NCBI RefSeq assembly: GCF_009914755.1
Contig: NC_060948.1
DNA: 64,000 nucleotides
Reading direction: 5' to 3' (one strand)
DNA from: the human T2T-CHM13v2.0 reference genome, Homo sapiens
The notes beneath the pieces were generated by a model. The model saw only the letters and a program-made list of their open reading frames with translations. It had not been told where the DNA came from and made no database searches. Below, piece after piece: positions 49,426 to 60,824 of this stretch. How positions within the stretch are numbered: position 1 is the stretch's first letter; every line of letters begins with the position of its first letter. The translations under genes and the position numbers were made by a program.

Positions 49426-49790
49426 GGAACTAATGGAAATAGAGAGTAGAAAAATGGTTAATGGAGGCTGGGAAGGTTAGCTGTAGGTATCGGGGAGAGG
49501 GTGGATGGTTACTGGGTACAAAAAGTAGGATAAATAAAATATCTGATAGGTCATCAGGGTAATGATAGTCAATAATAATTGAATTGAATACTTACAAATA
49601 ACTAAAACAATGTATCATACTTGGATTATTTGCAACACAGAGGACAAATACTTGAGTTGATGAACACCTCATTTACTTTCATGTAATTATTAAGCACTAT
49701 ATACCTGTACAAAATATTCCATATACCCTATAAACCTATACATCTACCATGTATCCATAAAGATTAACAACTACATGTTTAAAAAGTTAT
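49426..49790 (+). mobile_element. L1MA1-3-like 3'UTR fragment
   Basis: atagagagtagaaaaatggttaatggaggctgggaagg..gtcaataataatt; similar to 40380-40715. Confidence 0.75.
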
Positions 49791-50959
49791 GATTAAGGTT
49801 ATCTGGTCAAAGGAATGTTTAAGCACAAAAGCATGTAAGATGTTGCTTCTATGTGATATTAAGTCTGCAGGCATTCATAATGCAAGAATAAAGGAGGCTT
49901 GGCAACCTCCACCTAGATTTCAGATAATATATGAGAAAGCCTATGTACCCATGTAGAAGTCTGCCACAAGTGGACAGCCCTCACAGAAAACCTGTACTAG
50001 GGTGGTGGAGAGAAGAAATGTAGATTTGGAGGGCTCACACAGAGTTCCTTCCCACTGGGACATTGCCTAATGGAGCTGTGGGAAGGGGACCATTATCTAC
50101 CAGATTTGAGTGGTAGATCTACTGGCAGCTTGTGCTCTCATTTAGAAAAGCCTCAGGTACTCAACTCTGTCAGACCCAGTCAGTGAGACTGTAGCTTGCA
50201 GAGACAGAGTAGAATGTTTAAGCTTCTTGCCTAGCCAGGCCAAAGAACTGGTGTGGCAGCTGACTGCAGTGAGTGACACGGACCAATAGAGACACGGACC
50301 AATAGAGAGAAAGAGCTATAGGCTTTATTGAGCGAGTGAAACTACAAAGCTTCCACAGCATGGAAGGGGTCCTGAATGGGTAGCCACTGTTGGTTTTGGG
50401 TGATTTCCTTTTGAACTCTTTAAGACGGGAAATAAATGCGGCAGGAAGATGTTACCAGAGAGAGAAACAAAGGCAGTAAATTATTTTATGACCTGTCTTA
50501 GATTTTGAAGAAAACTGGAATGGCAACTTAGGTTTTATCTACTTTATGACATTGCACGGCATGTCAAAGGAGACAGGATTTTACAGTACTTTACGAAGTA
50601 TGTTTACAAGGAATTGGAATTGGGAGTAGAGATAATGTCCGCTGGTCAAAGGAAAAACAGGCAATTAACATTTCTTTTACTTTAGTTTTCGGGGAGGGGG
50701 AAGGAAGAGAGGGAGAAAGGACACAGGGAAACTTACAGCAAAATTTTCGCTGTTTATACCTTTCTTGGGGAAAAAAACACATGCTGAAATCCTGGTGTTA
50801 GGAATAGTTTAAGCATATATCCTCAATATTATCCATGCAGGATGGAATTAATTCCTAATGCAGGAAATCAGTGAGTTTCACAGCTTTCCGTGCCTCTACT
50901 CGACCCAGGAAGTCCAGCTGGCACTTCCTCCCAGTCGCCCCTCCAAACAGAACACCCCA

Positions 50960-51390
50960 ACTGCTGTTGGGAACTGTGCAGTGGTCGTTCTGGTTACTTC
51001 CTGCTGGTTAGGGGTAAAGAAGTAGTTGTGGTGTCCTCCAGAGGGGAACTTTCTAGGCTAGTTGAGGGACCAGTGGGTGGATCCAGGGGTCCTCGGTAGA
51101 ATCTGTGAGTTGAGCTCAATTGAGGTTCCATTTGTAAGACAATTTGTAGCTTGATAGCCTCAATCCTGGAGGAAATAAATTTGACAAGGAGGTTCAAAAT
51201 GCCAGGCCTAAAGGCAAGTGTTGGATGGCTGTTACATGTCCTAGAAAGGGGAGGAGCCAAGGTATCCATTGGTTAAACATATTCCAGGGTCCTGAGAGTT
51301 CAAGCTCCTTTTTTCTACTTTCCGTCCATTCTCTTATTTCTTTGACTTTTTAAATAATGAGTTCTGAATGGTTAATGAAATAACAACATG
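50960..51390 (-). pseudogene. env: HERV30 env TM C-terminal remnant
   Basis: CCYFINHS, and ORF 50994-51269 ILNLLVKFISSRIEAIKLQIVLQMEPQ..YRGPLD, resembling the HERV-W/ERV9 TM tail. Confidence 0.85.
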
Positions 51391-52520
51391 AACTGAGAGT
51401 TAGAGTGCAGGGGAATGCAGAAGAAGGCATCTTTGAGGTCTAGAACAGTGAACCATTCTGCTTTTTCTACTATCTGAGAGAGCAGTGTATAGGGGTTGGG
51501 TACGGCAGGATATAAAGGAATTACTGCTTCATTGATTATTCTGAGGTCTTGCAGTAGTCTCCACTGACCATTTGGTTTTTGTATTCCTTGGCTTGGGGTG
51601 TTGCAAGGACCTCTGCATTTTCTTACTAAGTCTTGAGCTTTTAAATATCTAACAATATCCCGTTATCTTTTGTGAGCTTCAGGCCTTAAGGGGTATTGCC
51701 TTTGAGAAGGAAAAGTGGTGGGGTCTTTTAGCCTTATTTGAACTAGGCCAGTGTGGTGGCTCATGCCTGCAATCCCACCACTTTGAGGACTGAGGTGGGC
51801 AGATCATGAGGTCAGGAGATCAAGACCATCTTGGTTAACATGGTGAAACCCCATCTCTATTAAAAATACAAAAAATTAGCCAGGCATGGTGGCAGGCACC
51901 TGCAGTCCCAGCTACTCGGGAGGCTGAGGCAGGAGAATGGTGTTAACCTGGAGCTGGAGGTTGCAGTGAGAGCTGAGATCACACCACTGCACTCCAGCTT
52001 GGGTGACAGAGTCTTAAAAAAAAAAAAAATAACAATATCCTGTAATCCTTTGTGAGCCTCAGGCCTTAAGGGATATTGCCTTTGATAAGGAAAAGTGGTG
52101 GGGTCTTTTAGCCTGATTTGAACTGGATGAGCATTTTTTGCCCTTCCAAATTGTCCTTCTAAGTCTCAGACTTCAGAGCTGATTCCTTTTTCAAATAGCG
52201 GACAACAAACGGATAATTTGTTCCTCATATTCAGTAGACAATAGCCCCAGCTTTGGTAATATGTCCCTTCTTAATAAGGGTGTGGGACTTTCGGGCATAA
52301 CAAGAAAGGCATGTGAAAAGAGCAAAGTCTCCTAATTGCAGCTGAGGAGGCAAGAGAAATACCTGGTTACAGGCTATCCTAAGATTTCTCGGATAGTAGT
52401 GGACTTTGAGGACAGTCATTCAGGGCAGGAGATTAAAACTGAGAAGGCCATGTCAGTGTCCAGGAGGAAGTCTACTTCCTGGCCCTCAATGGTCAAACTT
52501 ACCCGGGGCTCTGTGAGGGT
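51391..52520 (-). pseudogene. pol: HERV30 protease and RT N-terminus
   Basis: FLLDTDMAFSVL protease motif (~52440-52470); WRLLQDLRIINEAV and WFTVLDLKDAFFCIPL (~51410-51560). Confidence 0.85.
51746..52029 (+). mobile_element. AluY-like element inserted in HERV30 RT
   Basis: gatcatgaggtcaggagatcaagaccatcttggttaac, gagaatggtgt, poly-A tail. Confidence 0.9.
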
Positions 52521-54025
52521 GATGGCATGAGCTGGCATTTGCCCCAGACACCCTCACTCCTGTTGCTGAATCATCTGGTTGGGTGTTTCTGGCCCAGAGG
52601 GGCTTTGTCCTCTAGGGCAGTGCATCTTCCAGTGATTGCCTTGGCATATTGGTCATGGGTGAGGGGGTTATTTGTTTCTGGTTGGACAATCTTTCTTAAA
52701 ATGTCCTTGCAAACTGCATTGAAAACAAGCACTACTATGCAATTGGCCTGCTCCTCTTTTGGTTTCCTCTGTGCCACTAAGGTCTGCTTGTCTGAGGGCC
52801 ATGACTAAGGCTGCAGCCTTTCTCTTATCTCACTTTTCCCTTTTGGCCTGTTCCTCCTGGTCCCTGTTATAGAACACCAAGGTTGCCAGGTTCAATAATG
52901 TCTCCAAATTTTGTAACAGTCTCAAAGCAGACTTTTGGAGTTTTCTCCTAATGTTGACTGCTGATTGGCTGATAAAAGTTATTCTTTAAAATAAGTTGGT
53001 CTTCTAAGGAATCTGGAGTTAGGGAGGTGTGCTTTCTTAGGGCTTCCTTTAGCCTTTCTAGAAAAGTAGAGGGGTTTTCCTCTTTTCCCTGTGTAGTTGT
53101 GGACAGCATTGAGTACTTCATGGGCTTTTTCCTACTTTTCCTCAACCATTCTAAAATGCAAGTTAGCAAATGCCTGTGGCTCCAATCTCCATGATCTGAG
53201 TCAGTATCCCAGTGAGGGTCTGCAGTGGGGACTGCCTGTTGCCTCGTGGGGAATTTTTCCCTCTCCTCCAGGCCAGTTGCCCATTTACGTGGCTAAGGTA
53301 CCACAGATCCCCAAATTGCTGGGCTGCTGTTATAGCTGCTTCTTTTTCAGTAGGACTCAAGATCTGATCAAGAAGCAACGTATCTCTCCATGTTAGATCA
53401 AAGGACTGTTTTAATCCTTTCAGGACATCTGTATAGTTATCAGGATGACCTGAGAATTTCCTTAAATCTGCCTTTATTTGTTTTAAATCTGAGAATGACA
53501 AGGAGACATGTACACAGGTGGGCCCAAATTCCCCTCCTACTGCTTGTAAGGCACATAGTTTGGGTGCCTGACTCACGGCATTTATGTTCTCTCTCCAGTG
53601 TGCCTTTAAAACTTTGGTGGGGCCAGATGGAGGAGAGTCAGTAGGGGTGGAGAGTGGGGCTGAGGGAAGAGGCCCTGAGTATGGAGGTGATTGTGGGCCT
53701 CTGTCATTTGGGCAAAACTTGCAGGCTTGGCACAGGGCAGTATTGCCACAAAAGACAAAGAAAGCCTGTACATAAGGGACTTAACCCCATTTACCTTCCT
53801 GTTTACAGAAAAGATTTAGTTGTAGAAGGGTGTTATAGTTAATACTTCCCTCAGGGGGCCATTTTGTAAGAAATATTGTGTTTTTCATTCTGTAAGAATA
53901 TTGTGGCCAGGCACTGATACAAAAGAAAATCAGCCTCTTCTTTTTTAAGGTTTCAGGTCGAATTTGTCCTAGTTATTTAGGATACATCTTAAGGGAGTGT
54001 CTGTTTTGAAGGTGTGGTGCCCATC
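52521..54025 (-). pseudogene. gag: HERV30 gag remnant
   Basis: Minus ORFs 53163-53576 (FSDLKQIKADLRKFS..FDLTWRD) and 52948-53169 (major homology region QGKEENPSTFLERLKEALRKHT). Confidence 0.85.
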
Positions 54026-55344
54026 TGGAATTGTAAACACAGGCATGCCCACACCTCTGGTTAGTCCTGGGACTCATCTTCCCCTAGGGCATCCCCTAAG
54101 GGTCAGGTCCAATTCTGCTCAAAGCTTATGGCCACTTTTCCTGTGCTCTCCATCTACCAGATTTAACCATGCTTACCGAGCAAGATAGAAAATTCCCTTG
54201 CCCATGCCGTGCACCCATTGACCACTAAATGGGGCACAAGGACTGTTGGATTTATTGTGGTCCTTCTTCCAACACATCCTACCTGTTCCAGGGTGGCAAG
54301 GCCTGGGTCAGGGGCACCACTGCATGCTGAGGCCCAATTTACATGGGCCTGGCCATCAAAACTGTCCTTCAAGGAGAAATCTCTGAATTAGTGACAGGAG
54401 GCTTAGTAAGCTTAAAGGGGGTGGTGGATGTCCTCTAGGCAAGGGCTGAGAGAACAGCTGCTGTACTCTAACCTTCTGTCCCCACTTGCCATCAAAGGAG
54501 TAAGCCCCTCTCTCAAGGCAGTACCAGTATCCTGTGCCCCAACTGACTATATTTTCTTCCTTCCAATAACAAATATTGAATGGTTGAAACAATTCATTGG
54601 CCCTAAGAGCTGTACCCATGCACCACAGATTGCACTTGAGACACCCCAAGGAAGGGAAAAGTCTACCTGGGGAGCAATGGAGGAAATGCCCTAAGGCTTC
54701 TACTATCCACATGAAAATTACAGACATGTCTTTAAATTGTTCTGATGTACACTATGGTGGGGAACTGGCCCTTCAAAATAACCACCAAATGGCAACACTT
54801 GCCTAAACCCTGGAGTGCACCATGAACTTGGATCTTCTGGGCTCCACCCTAAGAATTTAAGTCTTCTAAGTAGGGAAGCTTGCTCCTGACTAGGGGGAAT
54901 AACCTTGCTTGTGAGATGAGGAAAGAAGTCTAACCAGTGGACATTAGGACCCAGGACGCTGGAGTCAGAAGATGTGGCTGTCTCATGCTCAGTAACCCAT
55001 GCTGGGGGAGCCACTGGCAGGTCTCAACCAGGATCTCTGGGAGACTAGGATGTCCACTGAGCACTCCTAGGTGTACTTCGGGACCACCACGGAAAGTGAA
55101 AGACTTAGAACTGGGTCCAGGCTAACCAATGCTCCCAACCCTAAAGGGTCAGTGTTGTTAGAGAGCCCTTTTCCAGAGAGCCTGACACCCATGTCTTTAG
55201 TCCAGCAGCCATGCTAATCACTTTTAAGTGGCTGACAGGTGCCTGGTTTAGCTTTTGAATTCTAAGGAAGTACAGGACAGAATAGCAAGTGAAAGAGGTC
55301 TGATTGTACTCACCACATGATGATTTAGATGCCTTTCCTGGAAC

Positions 55345-55362
55345 CTCCTGGCTGGCTCACCA
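55345..55362 (-). other. Primer-binding site, tRNA-Arg
   Basis: Reverse complement TGGTGAGCCAGCCAGGAG vs TGGCGAGCCAGCCAGGAG for tRNA-Arg(ACG); one CpG-type change; 3 nt from the 5' LTR. Confidence 0.85.
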
Positions 55363-57544
55363 AAATGTAACATTCAAGGTTCTTGCCTAGCCATGCCAAA
55401 GAAGTGATGTGGTGGCTGACTGCAGCGAGTGATAGAGACATGGACTGACAGAGAGAAACAGCTATGCTTTATTGAGCAGAGTGAAAGTACAAAGTTTCCA
55501 TAGCATGGAAGGGGTCCTGAACAGGTAGACACTGTTGGTTTTGGGTGATTTCCTTTTAAACTCTTTAAGGTGGGAAATATGTGTGGTGGGAAGATATTAC
55601 CAGAGTGAGAAACAAAGGCAGTAAATTATTTTATGACATGTCTTAGATTTTGAGGAAAACCGGAATTGCAACTTGGATTTTATCTATTTTGTGACCTTGC
55701 AGCAGCATGGCAAAGGAGACAGGATTTTACAGGAGTTTACAAAGTATGTTTATAAGGAATTGGAATTGGGAGCATAGATGAGGTCTGCTGGTCACAGAAG
55801 TACTGGCTTTTAACATTTCTTTTAGTTTTAGGGGAGGAAGAAGGGAGAGAGGGAGAAAGAACACAGGGAAACTTATGGCAAAATTTTCATGGTTTATAGC
55901 TTTCTTGGGGAAGAAAACACATTCAGAAATCCTGGTGTTAGGAATAATTTAAGAGTATATCTTCAGTGTTATACATCCAGGATGGAAGTAATTCCTAATG
56001 CAGGAAATCAGTGAGTTTCACAGCTTTCTGAGCCCCTACTCAACCCAGGAAGTCCAGCTGGCACTTCCTCTCAAGAGGAGCACAGCTTCCCAAGGCATTC
56101 AGAGCCCATTCACTGCAGTGGTGTTCCCATTATGTGGGAAATAAATTCAAAGGACATTATTTTGGAGTTTCAAGATTTAAATACTGTACTTCTGGGTTTC
56201 AGACTTACGTGGGGTCTGTAGCTCCTTTCATTTGGCCAGCTTTTCCCTTTTAGAATTGGAAATTTACCCAATGTCTGTACCTCTATTTTATCTTGGCTGT
56301 ACATAATTTGCTGTGATTTTACAGGCCCACAGGTGAAAGTAACTCATCTCCATATAAGATTCTGGACTTGAGACATTTGAGTTAATGCTAGAAAAAATTA
56401 AGGTTTTAGGGGATTATTAAGAAGGGATAATTATATTTTACAATGTCACCAGGATATGAGATTTGGGGGTCCAGAAGTTAAATAATATGATTTAGATACT
56501 TGTCCCTTCCCAAATCTCATGCTGAAATGTAATCCCTAATGTTGGAGTTGGGAGGTGTTTTGGCAAGGAGGGTGGGTTTCCTATGGCTTGATGTTGTTCT
56601 CATAATAGTGAGCAAGTTCACATAAGAACTGATTGTTTAAAAGTATGTGGCACCTCTCACTATTCTCTATCTTGCTCCCACTCTTACAAGATAATATGAC
56701 TGCTCTGTGGCCTTCTGCCATTACCATACACTTTCTGAGGCATCAGCAGGAGATAAACAGATAACAGCACCATGGTTTCTATAAAGTCTAGAGAGATGTA
56801 GGCCAATTAAACTCTCCTTTTAAATAAATTGCCCAACATCAGGTGTTTCTTCATCACAATGCAAGAATGGCCTAACACAGCAGGCAACTAATTTGGATAG
56901 TTTAGGCTGAGTGCTCCAATCAGCCTCTTGTAAACTCTGGTTTTAGTGTCAGCTCAGTTTTCAATGTATATGCTGTGCTAGCCAAGTCTTTCTGTATGTT
57001 TTTTCCATGTGTGTGTATATACACACAAACATGCATGCATAACCTAATGGGAAGTCTGAGAACTGGGTTGTAGTTTGTTAATTTCTCAGTACTTTGATGT
57101 GTATACCTGGAGATAAAGCCAGTTTGACACATCCTTATGGTTAGTTTCCCAAGTCCCTTTCTCTCTGTAATCCCACTTGTGTTGTGCACTTGGCATACTT
57201 GCTTCTAAATTCAAGAATATTTGGCAGTGGGAAGAAACAAAAATGCTCAATATTTATCCCATCTCATGACATTACAGCTCTGGCAATTAGAAGAACATTT
57301 CCCTCATTCAGAGCTTTAACAATTAATTAACCATGGGCTCTTAGTGGAGACTCTGATATCAATGCCATCAGATTGTTTGAAGCTGGATATAAGAAAAAAA
57401 AAAGAAATTTAAAGAATGGAATTTCTATACTTCCCTAAGCATTGGGAGTTGTTGTCCCAATTTTTTTGAGGCAGGCCTAGAAAATCTTTCCTGACTCAGT
57501 GGTAGTGTATTTACTCCACAGTACTCAAGAGCAAATAACCTATT

Positions 57545-57926
57545 TGATATGATTTTGCTCTGTGTCCCCACCCAAATCTCAAGTTACATTATAATCTTCA
57601 GTGTTGGAGGAGGGGCCTGCTGGGAAGTGATTTGATCACGGGAAAAAATTTCCCCCTTGCTGTTCTTGTGATAGTGAATTAGTTATCATGAGATCCGATG
57701 TTTTAAAAGTGTGTGACACTTCTCTCTTTGTTTTCTCTCTCCTGCTCCTATGTGAAGACATGCTCGCTTTTTCTTTATGCTTCATCATGATTGCTGTTTT
57801 CTGAGACATCTGCAGCCCTGCCTTCTGCACAACCTGTAGAATTGTAAGTCAATTAAACCCACTTTCTTTATAAATTACCCAGTCTCAGGCAGTTCTTTAT
57901 AGCAGTGTGAGAACAGAACAATATAC
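57545..57926 (+). mobile_element. MSTA-like solo LTR
   Basis: tgatatgattttgctctgtgtccccacccaaatctc..cagtgttggaggaggggcctg..ataaattacccagtctcaggcagttctttatagcagtgtgagaac. Confidence 0.9.
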
Positions 57927-59174
57927 AATATACAATGTCACCATTATTTGTATGTATGTAAAAAAATTCTAGACCCTTGCCATTTCTTTCCCAAGCCATT
58001 TTTTCATGGTTGTTTGTCAGTAAGTCACCTGGAGAAATAATATAACGTCTTCTCCAGAAAAGAGTCTACTTTCCTCTGTTTACTATTATATCAGTGGTTT
58101 CTTTAGCCCAGTGTTTCCTAAAATACAGCTCTGCAATAATTAATGGTTGGTTAAGTGTAAATTGTCTGAGCTTAGGGAAGCAATAAAAACAATCTTGTTT
58201 ACTGCTTTTGTTGTGAGTTATACAGTTTCTAGTTTCTGACCTGAAGTATTTTGTCCTCTGCTATTATCCATGAAAATAATGTATTAGATTATTAGTCTGA
58301 AGTTGAGGTAAAATTTCAGACAATTGAAACAGTTTTTTGACAGTTTTGTGATTAGATGGAATGCTGGCAGACATGTAGTCTTGTGTAAGAAAGAGTGCTA
58401 GTCCACACAGGTCAGGTTAGGTGATATGAGAACACTTCTTGGAATCTGGGAGCAAGGGTTCTTGCCCAATTTGTGAATAAGAGGATAAGATACCCCACTA
58501 TTAGAATTGAAGCCTGCTTCCTAAATGCCTTGGTTTGGTCATTCTCTTTCATGTAGTAGGAAAAAGGATGCTCTTAAGTGACTCCACCTGAAAAAAAAAA
58601 ATACATCTGTTGTTCTTTGGTTAAGGAATCCCTAAAGGTGAAATAAGCAGTGTCAATGTGAGAAGCGAAAAGAAAATCGGAAATTTACTTTAATTGAAAA
58701 GGGCATCCAATACATTATTGGACTCTAGATATACAAGATTACATATGTCTGCTTAATCAAATTCAAGGGTGCAGTGGCCTGGGCTGAGCATCATCTCAGT
58801 TTTGCATGAAGAGGTAGCAGTTACTCTACTTGGAGAAAATTTATCTTTCACTCCTGACCTACAGCAAAGCCTCTGTCTCAGTGAGACCCCCCATTTTAGA
58901 TTTCCGTAGCTGCACAGGTGAAATTGACTTATTGCTTGGCTAAGTCTCAGGTGGAATTGACTGATGGATTATTGAGATTTGAACTTGATAGTTTTACCAT
59001 GAAATTTAACACTAAACTGTTAAACATTTAGACATTAAACTGCTAATTTTAATACTTTATAATCTGTCATGCAGATGCCAAAGAAATAGGTTTACTGAAA
59101 GAAGTGGAAAGAATGTATTGGGAAAACTCTATTCACTAAGCATTTATTTAGCTCTACCTACTCTAGGGCCCTAG

Positions 59175-60824
59175 TGTGTCTGGAATTGGTGGGTTCTTGG
59201 TCTCACTGACTTCAAGAATGAAGCCGCGGACCCTCGCGGTGTCACAACTCTTAAGGTAGCGCATCTGGAGTTGTTCCTTCCTCCCGGTGGGCTCGTGGTC
59301 TTGCTTGGCTCAGGAGTGAAGCTGCAGATCTTCGCGGTGAGTGTTACAGCTCATAAAAGCAGCGTGGACCCAAAGAGTGAGCAGTAGCAAGATTTACTGC
59401 AAAGAGCGAAAGAAGAAACCTTCCACAGTGTGGAAGGGGACCCCAGCGGGTTGCCAATGCTGGCTCTGCAGCCTGCTTTTATTCTCTTATCTGGCCCCAC
59501 CCACATCCTGATTGGTAGAGCCCAGTGGCCTGTTTTGTCAGGGCACTGATTGGTGCGTTTACAATCCCTGAGCTAGATACAAAGGTTCTCCAAGTCCCCA
59601 TCAGATTAGTTAGATACAGTTTCCACACACAGGTTCTCCAAGGCCCCACCAGAGCATCTAGATACAGAGTGTCGATTGGTGCACTCACAAACCTTGAGCT
59701 AAACACAGGGTGCGGATTGGTGTATTTACAATCCCTGAGCTAGACATAAAGTTTCTCCAAGGCCCCACCAGAGCAGCTAGATACAGAGTGTCCATTGGTG
59801 CACTCAGAAACCTTGAGCTAGACACAGGGTGCTGATTGGTGTGTTTACAATTCCTGAGCTAGATATAAAGGTTCTTCACGTCCCCACCAGATTAGTTAGA
59901 TACAGAGTTTTGACACACAGGTTCTCCAAGGCCCCACCAGAGTAGCTAGATACAGAGTGTCGATTGGTGCATTCACAAACCTTGAGCTAAACACAGGGTG
60001 CTGATTGGTGTATTTACAATCCCTGAGCTAGACATAAAGGTTCTCCAAGGCCCCACCAGAGGAGCTAGATACAGTGTTGATTTGTGCACTCACAAACCTT
60101 GAACTAGACACAGAGTGCTGATTGGTGTGTTTGCAATCCCTGAGCTAGATATAAAGACTCTCCAGTCCCCACCAGACTCAGGAGCCCAGCTGGCTTCACC
60201 TAGTGGATCCCGCACCAGGGCTGCAGGTGGAGCTGCCTGCCAGTCCCGCGCCATGCGCTCGCATTCTCAGCCCTTGGGTGGTCGATGGGACTGGGCGCCG
60301 TGGAGCAGGGGGTGGTGCTCGTTGGGGAGGCTGGGGCCGCACAGGAGCCCATGGAGTGGGTGGGAGGCTCAGGCATGGCGGGCTGCAGGTCCCGAGCCCT
60401 GCCCCTCGGGAAGGCAGCTAAGGCTCGGTGAGAAATCGAGCGCAGCGCCGGTGGGCTGGCACTGCTGGAGGACCCAGTACAACCTCCACAGCCACTGGCC
60501 CGGGTGCTAAGTCCCTCATTGCCCTGGGCCAGCAGGGCTGGCCGGCTGCTCCGAGTGTGGGGCCGCTAAGCCCACGCCCACCCGGAACTCCAGCTGGCCC
60601 GCAAGCGCCGCACGCAGCCCCGGTTCCTGCTCGCGCCTCTCCCTCCACACCTTCCTGCAAGCTGAGGGAGTGGGCTCTAGCCTTGGCCAGCGCAGAAAGG
60701 GGCTCCCACAGTGCAGCGGCGGGCCGAAGGGCTCCTCAACTGCTGCCAAAGTGGGAGCCCAGGCAGAGGAGTCACCGAGAGCGAGCGAGGGCTGTGAGGA
60801 CTGCCAGCACGCTGTCACCTCTCA
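59175..60824 (-). mobile_element. Solo LTR12C (ERV9), 1650 bp
   Basis: Sense start TGAGAGGTGACAGCGTGCTGGCAGTCC, CpG-rich U3, tandem CCAAT repeats, 4-bp TSD CTAG (59171-59174 and 60825-60828). Confidence 0.95.
59476..60175 (-). promoter_or_regulatory. LTR12C enhancer/promoter: NF-Y (CCAAT) and GATA-like repeat array plus AATAAA TATA-equivalent
   Basis: About nine intact ATTGG motifs between 59510 and 60125, tagata motifs, and cttttatt at ~59477. Function is inferred from known ERV9 LTR biology. Confidence 0.7.

Larger units (their letters stand above)
50210..56073 (-). mobile_element. HERV30 (ERV9/HERV-W-related) provirus with two LTR30; most of pol and env deleted
   Basis: Paired LTRs (50210-50933 and 55366-56073) whose sense start is TGAGAGGAAGTGCCAGCTGG; 4-bp TSD AGAG (50206-50209 and 56074-56077); PBS, PPT and gag/pro/RT/TM remnants. 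Confidence 0.85.
49795..56879 (+). mobile_element. MSTB-type MaLR: internal sequence (49795-50209, 56078-56482) and 3' LTR (56483-56879), split by HERV30
   Basis: ggaggcttggcaacctccacctagatttcaga (internal); LTR aaatctcatgctgaaatgtaatccc..aatgcaagaatggcctaacaca. Confidence 0.85.

Noticed and set aside
50994-51269. Syncytin-1-like peptide
   Set aside because: Only the TM tail of a deleted HERV30 env; SU, fusion peptide and most of the ectodomain are missing.
56880-57540. Possible ancient L1M 5' fragment or unique exon
   Set aside because: Too degenerate to assign by eye; no convincing splice or ORF structure.
59540-60175. Regularly spaced repeats resembling a CRISPR array
   Set aside because: The spacers are themselves repeated. 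This is the standard ERV9/LTR12 U3 enhancer array in primate DNA, and there are no cas genes.
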